Positions 24,972 through 37,892 of a stretch of DNA of 64,000 bases are shown here, in pieces. A program made the position numbers and the translations under genes. Within the stretch, counting starts at the first letter, position 1. The number at the start of each line of letters is the position of its first letter. Below the pieces are notes generated by a model. It saw only the letters and a list, made by a program, of their open reading frames with translations, had not been told where the DNA came from and searched no databases. Source of the stretch: Antedon mediterranea (taxonomy: Eukaryota > Animalia > Echinodermata); contig NC_092675.1 of NCBI RefSeq assembly GCF_964355755.1, positions 2,165,812-2,229,811 of the forward strand. The letters are read 5' to 3'.

Positions 24972-27900
24972 ATGGAGGATCCAGTAGCGTCCTACGACTC
25001 TGAAAAGTCCACTTCGTCGGCAACTACGTCATCTCGTTTCACATCAAAGTCTTCGTGCAGTTTCCAGGAATGGACCAATGAGAGGCGTGGCTGGACGGTG
25101 ACCATTGGAGGATTCTGCACTTATTTTATGATGTTTGGATTCGTCCAATCATTCGGTGTCTTTTATACATCCTTCCAAGAAGAATTTCAATCAAGCGCTG
25201 AGGCAACAGGTAATATTATTATTATGACGCTTACCTTATCTTACATTTAGTGATGTTAAAGAAGCAGTGAGTTAAAACTCGTAAGGGTTGCCTTTTCTCT
25301 AGGCCTAGTGGTTTTTTATGTGTCTGTCCTGGTTGTTTTTGAATGAGTATTAGGTAGAGAGTTCAATATAGATTCACAATTCGTGAATCAAAGTAGAAAG
25401 ATGTAGAAGAAGAAGATTTTGATGACGACAACGTTGATGATGATGATGATAATAATAATGACGTCAGTTTTCAAAATTGTACTTCTCCATAAAATTGATT
25501 TCAATATTGTTTTCACCCATCGTATACACCCAAAAAGTTTACATGCGCATGCTAGGTCGTCATGAGCTGCTGGATCCAGGGACGGAATCCAAAGTTCCCT
25601 TAATAATAATAACGACGATGATAAAACGTGTTTAAATAATAATCTTGTTTATAATATTACGTTTTTATCATTTTTTCCCAGGTTGGATTGGATCTCTGAC
25701 ATTCTGTCTTCTGTGTAGCCTTTCTCCAATATCAAGCATGCTTTTTGAGACTTTCAATCATCGCATTGTTATCTGCACAGGAATAGCAATATGTACCATC
25801 GGTATTTTGGCGTCATCGTTTGCCCCCTCTATTGGGTTTCTGTACTTCTCCTTTAGTGTCTTAGTTGGCACCGGAGTTAATTTTATTTACACTCCAGTAC
25901 AGCAGCTGGTCACCTGCTACTTCTCAACAAAATGTTGTTCTCGCGCAACATCAATGGTTCAAGCTGGTGCAACGGTTGGTAAGTAGAGTATACGTCGTAA
26001 CTGGACGATGCGCATATTGCGAGAAAAGTGGACATGACAATGAATACGTGGGGTGGTGGTGATGATGACGAGGATAGTACTTGACCATCCGATTCTGCAG
26101 CTGTCACTAGATACATCTTAACTGACTATCGCAAGTATCTCAATGACTTTTTACGGTTAAGATGTATTTAATGACAATGCAGAATCGGAATGGATATAGC
26201 AATGACAACGAAAATGGCGAATCAACACCAAATGTAATGTTTTTACATGTTCGTTTTTTTTTCCAAGGGATGTTAGTGATGACACCGGTACTCCAGTGTA
26301 TGGTTACGTCAGTCGGTTGGCGTAACGCTCTTCGGATTGAAGCAGCGTTGATGTTTATGATATGCTCAATGTGCACAATGTGGTTTGAAGCACCTCTGGT
26401 CATTACCCCTCCGTCTGACGGACCACATAATGGCGACAGTGACTGTTTTAATATGCCTAATGCCATCAAGAAACAGAACAAGTCACCAACTAACAGTCTA
26501 CATAAGATTGTAGACATGATGCGTACTTTGAAATATTGGTTCTTCATGTCGGCTATGTTTTTCGCGTATCTGGCCGCTTCATTCATCTCAGTATACTTTG
26601 TAAGTACAGTATGTTTGTCGTCAGCGCAATTCGGTCGAGTGAATCGCCGGTTGCGCTGAAGGAAAGAGGTCAAAACTGAAGTTACGTATGAGAAATTAGG
26701 GTGCGTTAATTATAACATGGGAGAGGAAAATGCTCGCAAAAAAGAAATACGCTGAATATGATATTCCTCTTGATAAAGTATATTCAGTAACTGTTGAAAA
26801 CCATTCTGAATCAAAATGATAGTCAAACTCAGTTCCATCATTAGTCTATCTTATGGATGAGATTATTTATTTAGTAATTATAGTCGTTTTCTCTCTCTGG
26901 TTTGTCGCGCTGGATGGTGCCAGAGAATGGTCTCAGAAAATGAAATCGTTCATTTTTTAATGTTAATAGGTAAGCATTGGAGAGAGTGTTGGATTATCTG
27001 CAGAAAAGGCGGCACTACTAATCTCTGTACTGGGTAGTGGTGAGCTATGTGGTCGAATTATATGTGGACTGTTTGGCGATCATCTTCCATTTCAACGAGT
27101 GTATATGTTGGTAATCAGTTCATTGATTGGAACTATTTCCTTGATGTGTGCCATCAAGATCAACTCTGTCGGCGGCATGGTGGCGTTTGCAATATGTAAG
27201 TGATCACTTCTCAAAGACATCACGTGAGCCATCAACATTTGAACGCGTATCAATAAATGTATTTCACAGAGACAGTTGTCAATCACGCTCGCGACCACGC
27301 AAGCAATACGCGCGCGTCTAAGTGCTGATGAAAATGGTTTCGTGCGCATGCAAATTCTGTTGGAGTTATACGCGCGCGTAAATTCGGTGCTCTTTTTTTT
27401 TTCTGAACTGGTGGTGGCACTGAGAGAATAATGCCGTGTCCAAATAAAATTAGATAGAATGCCGGCACTAACACCCGCCTAACAATTATAGTATTTCAAG
27501 GCATGATAACATATACAAAATACTATAGTATATCATTTGAGATTCACAACATTTCTATATTTGTTTTAGGCATTGGCTTTGCTCGTTCTATTACATATAC
27601 AATGCCGCTTTCTGTTGCCATAGAAACATTTGGAGCTGAAAAAAATACAGAAGCGTGTGCTCATATTTTACTAGCAAGTGGTCTATCAACTATCGTTATA
27701 CCATTTACGGGAGGTAAGCTTTCTCTTCTCTTTCCTCCTTACCCCCTCCTCCTTCTCCTCCGCCATTCATTTAAAACGGCGCCTGGGTCACGTCTTCTTG
27801 GCGTACCGGAAAGATGCCATTAGATCAGGCGCAATGCGTTGCCACGAACTATTGGTCGTAGGTCTAGTATATTTTTAGTTTATATAATTATATTTACTCT

Positions 27901-28182
27901 TTTATAGGTAAAACATATGACGTCACAAATTCTTATACGGTAGCGCTATGGATCCATGCCATGTTTTGTTTCCTGGCGACAAATCTATTCCTGGCGATTC
28001 CCGTTTATAAACGTTACATGGAGTGTCGAGAAAACAAGTTAACGTCATTGATCAACCAACATGCAGATGTCTACACCCTAACCGACAACTTGCAGTCTCC
28101 GCCTCTCGAGGTCCCTCTCGAAGTTCCGCTTGGAGAAGTAAAACTTGAGTTTGTTCAAGACAAGTTAAGTGGGGAAGTGTAA
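24972..28182 (+). CDS. SLC16/monocarboxylate transporter family MFS protein (503 aa)
   Basis: Phase-consistent exons 24972-25209, 25682-25978, 26268-26599, 26970-27195, 27570-27713, 27908-28182. Family motifs RRGWTVT...FGFVQSFGVFY, TGWIGSL, YFST, GWR, ELCGRIICG, YDVTNSY. Probable non-coding first exon ending at the donor near 24526. Confidence 0.88.
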
Positions 28183-28445
28183 AGAATAATATTAAGAAAC
28201 ATTGTTTATAATAAAATCGACTAGTGCAATAATTAAACGCTCTTGTTGTGTTCATTGTTTCTTTCCATTCTATTAGATAAAAATTAAACATTCGAATTCA
28301 ACCCGGGAAGGGTAACGAACTTTTTTTTTTTTTTTTTTTTTCGTGGGAACTTTTTACAAGAAGAGAAAAGCCAGCTACAAATTATTTTAAAAAATACCAA
28401 GGACGTTGGAGGCGCACTCGTTGTTGGATCCGACACCCAGACAAA

Positions 28446-30129
28446 ATGGCCTCTTCGTCAACTTTTAGGCAAGAAATGCCCCCAAAAGGGGGATATGGGC
28501 CAATTGATTACAAACGACATTTACCGAAAAGAGGATTCTCAGGTTAACACAATTATCAGGATTTGATAGAATTTAAGATTTTATATCTTTGCTTAGGACT
28601 AAGCCTCTGGAAGCTGAGGTGTTTATGTAGCCACCGCACACGGGCCCACACAAATTGTTCCTGTCGTCGTCGTAGCACCTAGTACAAACAGTGGAGGGTA
28701 GCCTAGCACTACTTATATTAGAAGGCCTACTAGCTTAGCTAACCTTGTATGGTTAAACTCTACTATACTACTACTTTACTATAGTCTATAATAGGCCTAT
28801 CTTAACTTCTTACTTTTATATTGTTAAATTAATCTAATATTAGGCCTTTATTTAGTAAGTAGGCCTAGCTAGAGTAGCTAGCTAGCTATATAGGCTATAG
28901 TATAGGCTAGGCAAGCCTGCTTATTTTTATTATCAAATAATATTATTTATTATATAATAATATAATTACTATACTATTAATAGGCTATGCTATGTTTGCT
29001 GGATGTGGCTTAATAATGGCATGTGGATATTTTACACAAAGAATGGGTAACAAAAAGCGAAGGTGAGAATTTGAGTAATTATTATTAACACATGTTCGTA
29101 CTGTGCAAATTAATGTTGATTGCAGTATTAATCAATTTAATAATCAATCACTTAAAATTGTCAGTAAGTTAAATTCATTAGTAACACTAGTAACCTCTTT
29201 AAAATAATTAAACTAAAAATTTGCAATACTTTTCTAGCTCGTGAAATAATATTTAAAAATATTGGTTTTAATAAATTATTATCACCATGATTTCACTTTG
29301 TTACAGGCTTTTACAGCGTGAAGACAGGGAAGCATACTTAGCTATAATGCCTTTAGTTGAAGTGGAAACAGATAGAGAGTAAGTAAAAGCCTACAGTACA
29401 ATATTTTGTACAAACTTATAAAAACTTATATACTTATAATATTTCTTTTTAATCATAGTGAAGGGAGGATTTCTTCAGAATTAACATTTAACGTTTCGTT
29501 TATTAATATCCTGTATATCCTCTAATATAATCCCACCCCACTATTACACGAAATTGGGACGACCTTGGGGGCGGGGGGGGGGGACTATACCCAGGGAAAG
29601 TTCATGAAAAAAATGATTTGTAAACATTTCTTGTAAAAACTCATCTGAACTGGCTAGTTAGAGAGAGGCCTACATCTAGATCAAACGTCAATACTGGGAC
29701 TATACCAGGGGATATGCCTGTTTGTAAATTAATCTGTGATAAAGTAGGGTGGGATTAGACCTGAAGTGGGATTATACCTGAAAATATACAGTATATAGTC
29801 TATACTGTATGAAGATTTTTTTTTATGTTGTGTATTCACAGAGTGTTTTGGTTGTTATTCTTGTGAAATGGTATTTCACACAAAATGTCATTCCATTCTG
29901 TGTCTGTTTCTTATTAATTTTACCTTTCTTTATTTTTAGTATTCTAAAGCGATTAAAATTCAACCAAGCGCAAGAAGCACTTATCATGAAAGATGTTGCA
30001 GGATGGAATGTTGGCGAAAGTGTCTACAACACAGATAGATGGATAGACCCTTGTATTGAAGATCTTTACTACCTGGCGCCAAATAAAGAAAAAGATAAAG
30101 CTTCCTTCGGATATAACCAGTTTGTCTAA
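28446..30129 (+). CDS. NDUFA13: NADH:ubiquinone oxidoreductase subunit A13 (GRIM-19/B16.6), 145 aa
   Basis: Exons 28446-28542, 28984-29062, 29307-29378, 29940-30129. [37 protein letters not shown]...[23 protein letters not shown]. Confidence 0.95.
29511..29791. mobile_element. Degenerate pogo/Tigger-like non-autonomous element in NDUFA13 intron 3
   Basis: ctgtatatcctctaatataatcccac ... gtgggattatacctgaaaatatacag imperfect TIRs with repeated gggattata/gggactata subterminal motifs. Confidence 0.55.
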
Positions 30130-31491
30130 ATCAAAATATTTTAATATTAAACCTGGTTTTCACAAAATCAATAAAATAGTCAAAATTACTATTCACGACG
30201 AGAGTCTGGGTTGCTAATTTTGTTCATGCCCAAAACAAATTTCAAGAAAGTAAACTGATCATATGTAACATTTTAAATCAGCATTTACCGATTCTCTGAA
30301 TAACTAAACCAGTATCATAAGAACATTTTGTAATACACACATATGTTTTACATGTGCCACATGTGATACATATGTGACACTGTATTACAGAATTTGCCTA
30401 TGATACTGGACAAATTATGTTGAGATACAGTACAGATAATCTAGTTGCTACATGCTACTGTACATTATCAAGAAGAAACCCAACTACTGAATTTGCTGTG
30501 ACTGAATGAAAACAAAAACATGAGTTGTGTTAACGGAGCGAGGGTGAAAACCAGGTTTTACGTTATAGGACTTTATATTGAATTGAACATAAGAGTGTGT
30601 TTTGAAGTTATAGATGGAACTTTAAGCTATCCTGCCAATTGAGAAATTTGTTTGAGTGGAATCTGATTGAATTGTTTGACATAATACAAGTACAGTACAT
30701 ACAGCTTATCATAGCTGTCAGCTTTTGTGACTGCAGTTATGTTAAGGACACTCTCGTGTATTATTAATAACACCATAATGCAGGCTACAATGTATCACAA
30801 TACTGTAGTGCCATGCAATACAGTAGGTAATTGAGGGAAATAAATGTGTTTATGAAAGAAGATTTTTACTGTCTATTTCGTGCCTAGCTTACCTGGATAC
30901 ATCGACGTTAGCATATTCTTGAGCTACAACTCGAATATGCAACTTTAGTAAACACCCATATCAGATAATAGTACATTCCATTTTTTATAACTAGTATTAG
31001 GCAATCAATCGTGATGTATTGGTCTGTGAAGCTTATAAGCAAGTGAATGTTGAGTGTGGAATACCACTGAAAGCCAGAACGCTATGTTATTTTACATACA
31101 GGAGTTCGAGTTTCGGATTAATCGGGAGTATTCAGTAGAAATCATATTTTAAATCGCACATGCGCATATCTATAAGTAAGAACACTGCATTTCACCACAG
31201 ATTGACGCACTTGGGTGTGCATACTGGGACACCGATAGATAAAGATGACATTTTTTGTTTTCATGCTTTCAATATATCATAAATGAGATTCGGACTCAAT
31301 TCGGTCAAAACTTTTTTTTTCTTTGTCAACGTGTACATTACGTTTAATGAGTCTTTAAAGGTCCTATCAAAAGACATTCTTGATATAATATGTACGAACG
31401 CAATGTTTTGATTTTTGTTTATTAGCAGATATTAAAATTGCGTTATATTTTTCTATTCTAAATAATTTGTTTATATATGTTATGCCTATTT

Positions 31492-34400
31492 CTATATCGT
31501 CATGGTTCCAAGCGGTAATGAACTCCTTTGAAGTCTGCCGCTGTCGTACTGATAACGTTGCGCTGTCTTGGCGGTGTATGATGTCAGGTGTGTTGTGTTG
31601 AAGGAACGTTCACCTCCAAGCGGTGGATCGATATGCGATTTTCGAAGCTGATGAAATAAATAACGAAAACATTATTTAGAAATACACTTCTCATAATCAT
31701 ACCGCCGTAATTACGGCGTTATAACGCCGTATTATTATAAATAATTGTTTTCTTTGGCGGAAATCAGCCACCGTAGAAAAAAGAAACAGATAGAAATCTA
31801 CACTATATTGTTCGGAACTAGTTGGGTACGAAAATATAACTCTAAAAATCGATTGGATAAAAAATGTTAATTTTTGCAATAAAATGCGTGAAAAAAATCA
31901 ACCAGGCAAAACACTCGGCTTCTTACACGGGGATCGATAACTAAAATTATAAGAGAAGGTATGTTTATTGTTAATATTCATATACAGTATACCATGGAAT
32001 GAGAGAAAAGGATTTTAACGACGATAACCAATAACAATCCGCTAGCGTATATACTAAAGCACTGCTCAATCATGTCTTTAAACAACACATTGTCTCTTGC
32101 CGCGACCTAGACTTGCTCCAAGTCTGTATTTTAGTCCCACACGTCGTCGTCAATTTTGTCTCTGGAAAAGCACAAGTAGTATACGTATGAAACGCCATAT
32201 GTACCAAAATATTTATCTTTTTACTAATATTAAGTCAAAATTCCGTCTGGAACCCAGACTTGCCGCGACCCTGTATAGGTAATATCGTAAAAAAATATCA
32301 ACAAAAGAAATCGTTTGATCGCTGTATTAATGTATCTTTAACATGTGTCCACAACGCAATGGCTGGCGACAAAATACAAATATCTCAGATTGATACAAAT
32401 CCTTCTCTCTCATTTATTCATGAGTATACACGTATTATAAATATATATGTTTACCTGTTCAAGAGCTTCAGCCGTCACGTGATGTTTTCCAACCTTCCAT
32501 GCCGGGAAATCTGATAACGTTGTTGGGCGTGTTGCTGTATCTTCTATAAGAAAAATGAGATAAGGAAAATGAACAAAAGGTCTTTACAAAATTTGCTTGA
32601 ACATTTTAAGCGATTTTTTTCTCCCGTGTGCCACAAACTCATGCAAAAGTGTCAACATGGAATAGTGATCTGGAGGATATCTGGCCTATTGACTGCTTCT
32701 AACATTCCACTAACACTAACTAATCTGTTTATAGATTTTTTCCTACCTTTTAATTATTAAGATGTAATTTTGAGCAGCAATGGTCCTTTACTTAAACGCA
32801 ATACGCGCTACTAAAGTAAGCCATTTTTTAGGGAATTTCGCACATTGTTTTGTAGAGATTATATAGTATAGGCCTACCGTACTTACTGTAATAATCCATT
32901 GGCACTTTACTGGTTGGTCCAATCACTCTTGACACTGGATGCAACGGCTTCACCGCTGGGTAAGCATCATTCTGTGTTGTACTATAGAGCGTTGATCCTG
33001 GTTTGGACTCTCCTAATATCACTTTGCTAGCAACACGTTTTTCAGCTCCAGATATTATCTCGTTTCTGAAACCTTTAGGCGGCTGTAATTTAAAATACAT
33101 TATTAATTATTAATTTATCATACAATTAGCTTTGTTGTAAAGATCAAATTGATTTTTTAGAATTCTCATTAAAACATGTTTATATTTATTGGCATCGCAA
33201 ATAATTAGGAGAATTGCCACCGGGATTGCCTACGTATGCCAGACAATATGTAGTAATGCTTCTCCATTTTGATTAAAGTATCTCTTCACTCAGTCTTATT
33301 ACTATACTATATAGATTTATAAAGCGCTTTTCCAATAAAAAACCAAAGCAGAATACAAATAGAACATCTAAATTATTCCTTAGGTAAAAGAAAACTTGTT
33401 AACAATTCCATCAGCGGCAATATGCAGCATCTTTCGCTTATAACTGATACGACATCATTACCAGTGTATTCACAAGTAAACTACTCCATGGTACGGTGTA
33501 TTATATCATTGTCTTACCCCAGTGTGATAGGTTGTGTAGTTTGTTGTGCTAACTCGTTCTCTATCTCTCTCTGGGTGTCTGTCTCCTTCGGGAAAACTGC
33601 TTCCATTATTATCGTATGGAATCTCTTTCTTAAAACCTGAATGGAAATCAAACGTTCGTCACATTTAATTCTTTAAATTGCTCTGGTCATGTCAAACCTC
33701 CGGTTATATAGGCCTACGTGTGTGTTAAATACAAATACAAAACGTCGAAGCTTACTTGGTTTACCCATAGGACAGTATGCGTCTGCGGCAGTCGTAGCAA
33801 ACTTATCGTATTTTGAGGTATGACCCATTTTAAAGTTAGTTCCGCCGATGCAACCAATCGCCTGCTCTCTTTCATATGCCTTGTAGTTACTGCTATCGTG
33901 TTCAGGAAAAGAAACCTCTTGCGTGGTCACGTGTTCATTTAATTTATCTACGTCACCGTTTGGAATGTTTGAGCCAGTTGTCTAAAGAAAAAAAATACAC
34001 ATAATTGAAATAAAAATTAAAAATGATTTCAAAACATTACCTTACATTAAAGACGATCTTTAGACAGATAAGTGAAAATTGTTTTAGATTTTGTTATGGC
34101 ACTACTGCATCGAAATGTTACGTAATGCACATCATTGGCATACAATAGGCCTACGTTGTATGAACCTTATTTTATACCTCTATGTTGTAACCAGATTGTA
34201 TAAGTATTAGTACAAGTGTTGGTACTGTGGATCAGTGTATGATGATGATGCACCATCGTTGATTAATGTGAAGATGACGTATGAAGATAACTTGTTGTCG
34301 TTAGGCTACACTTGTACGTAAGAAACAACAAAGATTGGTTTAAATCATGATGTCTCGGTATGAGATTTCAATGTTGCAGGTATTTAGGCCCTACAGTTAT

Positions 34401-35586
34401 GTTTATTCTTTACAAAAGGACTTATACACAAAACCAGGGGGTATTGAAAAGATCATGGCTTTACATATTGTGGAACTTTTAGTACTTTTTTTCTCTAAAT
34501 ATTGATCTACATAAAAAACTCCTTAGCTTTTCTCGAGCAAACTTACGTTTGGCTTAATCCTCTTATAAGGAAGATATTTGGCGGGAAATTGGTCTCTCGT
34601 CGATGTTGAGAAGTTACCATGCGTTCTGTCGTCACCACGTACGGTCGATTGACCACCTGTGCAATACAAAATAACGCATAAAGAAACATTGAGTCATGTG
34701 TCTCAAAGTTTCTTCATAATATTGAATAATTTACGTTTAATATACGGTATGTTTGCAATGCGTACGCGCCTAAAGCTACATTCAAACGACGGTGCCGTTT
34801 AATTATTTAGTATGGTTTTCTATCATCTAACAAACCAATCCGTCTTCCGTTCCGTGAAGAAACGGAACAAGTGCAATGCAGCTTAAGTATTGTCACAGGA
34901 AAGGAGTGAGAGAGTGTGAAGTGTGAATCATGTAGCTTAAGTCGTTGGCTTCTGTAGCCTACCGTATATACATACATCAATACCGTTTTATTTTTATTGT
35001 AAAATCATTAACATTAGGATAAATGAAACTTACCAACATGCATACACGGAGCTCTTTCAACAGTAAACTTAGAGGTATCATGACCAGTGAAGTGAGTTTT
35101 ATAGTCAGACACAGCAATAGGCTCTTTTTCTCGATCTCCTTGTGGAACATAACTTCTCATCGGGAAAGCCATTGGCAAACTCCTGCTAAACGGCTTTGGC
35201 GGATACATTTTTGAATGCGTCGTTTTGAAAGAGTCTATACTTTCATCCGCGTCCATTTTAAAATTTGTCTTACTAAGTGTTGCACATGGCGGGAGTTTTG
35301 AATATTTTTTTGGCTCAAAAGAATGAAGCGTCTCAGTGACGTCACTTATTTCTGCTTCTTTCGTTCTGTGCATTACTTCAGCTGGTGCTGGTGGCACGGC
35401 GGCCGGGGATCGACCGTAGTGTCCATGCAAATGGTAGTCTTTTGTAAAGGTGCTACGTTTTGTAGCACTTTTAGATAGACGCCTATCATAACCGATTTCA
35501 AAATGAGAAGCAACAAGAAAAGCCTGTCCTGTTAGTCTTGGAGGAATCTGTGAAATTGCAGGCAGGCTTACTGATTCGCCTGGCAT
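31492..35586 (-). CDS. TEX45/SAXO5 (C19orf45)-like axonemal microtubule-associated protein, 482 aa
   Basis: Phase-consistent exons 35034-35586, 34547-34656, 33756-33981, 33518-33636, 32887-33082, 32455-32543, 31492-31647. FLVASHFEIGYD, repeated STFTKDY / TTHSKMY / STSTRDQF / STTQNDAY (Mn-motif-like), repeated PxGD, C-terminal LRKSHIDPPL...RLQRSSLPLGT, resembling TEX45 from memory. Confidence 0.75.
32108..32261. mobile_element. Hairpin-ended non-autonomous element with a perfect 9-bp TSD (gccgcgacc)
   Basis: TSD at 32099-32107 and 32262-32270; second copy at 55823-55988. Confidence 0.75.
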
Positions 35587-37656
35587 TTTCAAATAAAAGA
35601 CTGTCTGGAAGAAAATATTTAAATGTATTTTATATTATTCAAAAACATTTCATAGACCTAAACAGTACATTTAAAGAACGGAACGAACGTCTAAGTTATA
35701 GTAAAAATATTTGAAAGATGTTTTCTAATATGCAATGATTTAGGCTACATGGCGTTCCATAGTTTTTCCGATAGATTTCACATCGCTGGCATGCCATACT
35801 CTCATTATTAATTCATCAATAAGGTATATACCTTTACCATAAACCTCCTAAAGATTTACAGTCGATCTATGACCCTCATAAAATATGACTCTCTCGAGAA
35901 CGGAGACGACGGTCCAATGGTAAGGGTAAATATTTTTATATTCAACAGGGAAATGAAAGAATTTACAGTAATACAGGCTTGCCCTAATCAGGTTTCAAAC
36001 CTTGTTATCGACAAACAAATCTTGTACTCATAGGGCCTACATATTGAAAATGTCACTCCCATATGTCTATTATCATAATTACATAAAACTATTTATTCGT
36101 GTGTCAATTTCATTTCATTATTTATTTGGTCTATTTGAGTATAAACATAACACAAAAAAAATGAAATTGGGGAGACCAGGGTCAAACTAAGTGAACTTAA
36201 TCACTGTAGCGGTTGACCCAACCCCAAAGTCAGTTTACACATAAAAGACATAAAGACAAAATACAGTTACAGCGAATCAAAATGAATATGAAAACAAAAT
36301 GAATATTTTATAAAATACTTATTTATATAAGTTTAATAAAAATAATAATGTAACAAATAACGGACCAGTAGCATCGTTTAATTAGAAGATGATTTCTTTT
36401 CTCTCTTTTGTTTTATTCACATTAATATCATCTTTCATGTCATCACCATAAAATCATATTATTTTCATTATTATCACATCTTCGTTTCTAATTTCATTAC
36501 AAATCAACTTCATCAGTAGCATTTTTAAATCTTGTAAATTCACTCCGTGACAATTTTCTTATATTTTTCTATACTAACGTTTTTTTCTAGTAAAATGTAT
36601 GTCTTTTCTGTCTTTCTTTCAACCAACTTTTGACTAAATTCTTAACTTCAACACCAACTCAGTCGCCAAAAGTTCAGAAAACAGTATACAATTTGTCTAA
36701 AGGGTTTGAGAATGTTTAGGCCTAAAACACAATACAACTCCTTGTGTGAGATACTCACCGTTATAGTTGCTAACAATGTAACTATCGATTAAGTCAACGT
36801 CTTTTGTTACATTGTAAAACCTTAAATCATCATTCGTTGAAACTAGCAAAATATGCCTACTCAATATTATTTATATTGGTTTTTATTTCAAAACTAATAT
36901 TGGTTATTTATTAAATAAAACTTTAAAACACGTACCTTTTATACACTGTTTAACAATAGTTGTAACGAATTTTGAAACACTTACAAAAGTGAACGTCAGT
37001 AAGCTAACGCTGTGCAAACAACAAGATTAAGTTCACATACTGTTGTTATGGCATTAACTTTTTATGAGGAGTGTCACCTTGACTACGACGCGCAAACTCC
37101 CTTGCGTACTCTATCGTTAGAGGGCGCGTGGTTAAATTTATACAGCTAGCTTTCAGAGGAATTGAATTTTATTCACGTTTAAATCGATTCGTTTATATTT
37201 GTCTTCACTTAACTAGCCTGTTATATTTTGTGACCATAAAAATGTAGATGCATGGTAAAGAAACAAATCCTCGATTTATAGAAAAGAATTGATATGAAGA
37301 TAACACAAAAAATACTACACACAGAAAATAAAATTTGTCAAGAAATAAAACAACTTTAGGATGTTCATAATATACAGTATATATTTTTATCAAACAGACA
37401 AAGGATCTCATAAAATCTAAGATAGTAGTACTATAGGCACATAGTCATATTAGTTTTATTATTACTGACATTTTTCTGTAATACGAATATTTGTGTCAAA
37501 CTCATTTCCAAAGTTATGTATTGGTATTACAGTATGTGTAAACATATAATAATTACACTATAAAAAATAAAGTGAATTACTCTTTATAATTATGGCAATT
37601 GCCATGCAAGTCTCTGTCTCTTCTTAAAACACAGTTCAAATATACTTTTACAATAA

Positions 37657-37788
37657 AGCTCTGTCTACACTATCAAACTTTATGTGACAAAAAAATGTGA
37701 TGTGCCCATATATGGACACGATATGTCATAACACTACCATATTTGAGCACACTTTTTGTCAAGCTAGTTTGATATTGTAGACAGAGCT
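37657..37788. mobile_element. MITE family B full copy, ~105 bp past the mTERF stop
   Basis: agctctgtctacactatcaaact ... agtttgatattgtagacagagct, flanks taa/tta. Confidence 0.85.
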
Positions 37789-37892
37789 TTATAGCACTGT
37801 GAGGCAGCAGTTTAAGAGCTCTTTATAAATGCTCCGTATTATTATTTTTTTTTCAATATTATACACTTGTTAGAATGCTAAAGCCTTTTAAA

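Noticed and set aside
36760-37060. RFX X-box candidates upstream of the TEX45-like gene (gttgctaacaat, gttgttatggcat)
   Set aside because: Only partial consensus matches; not distinguishable from chance.
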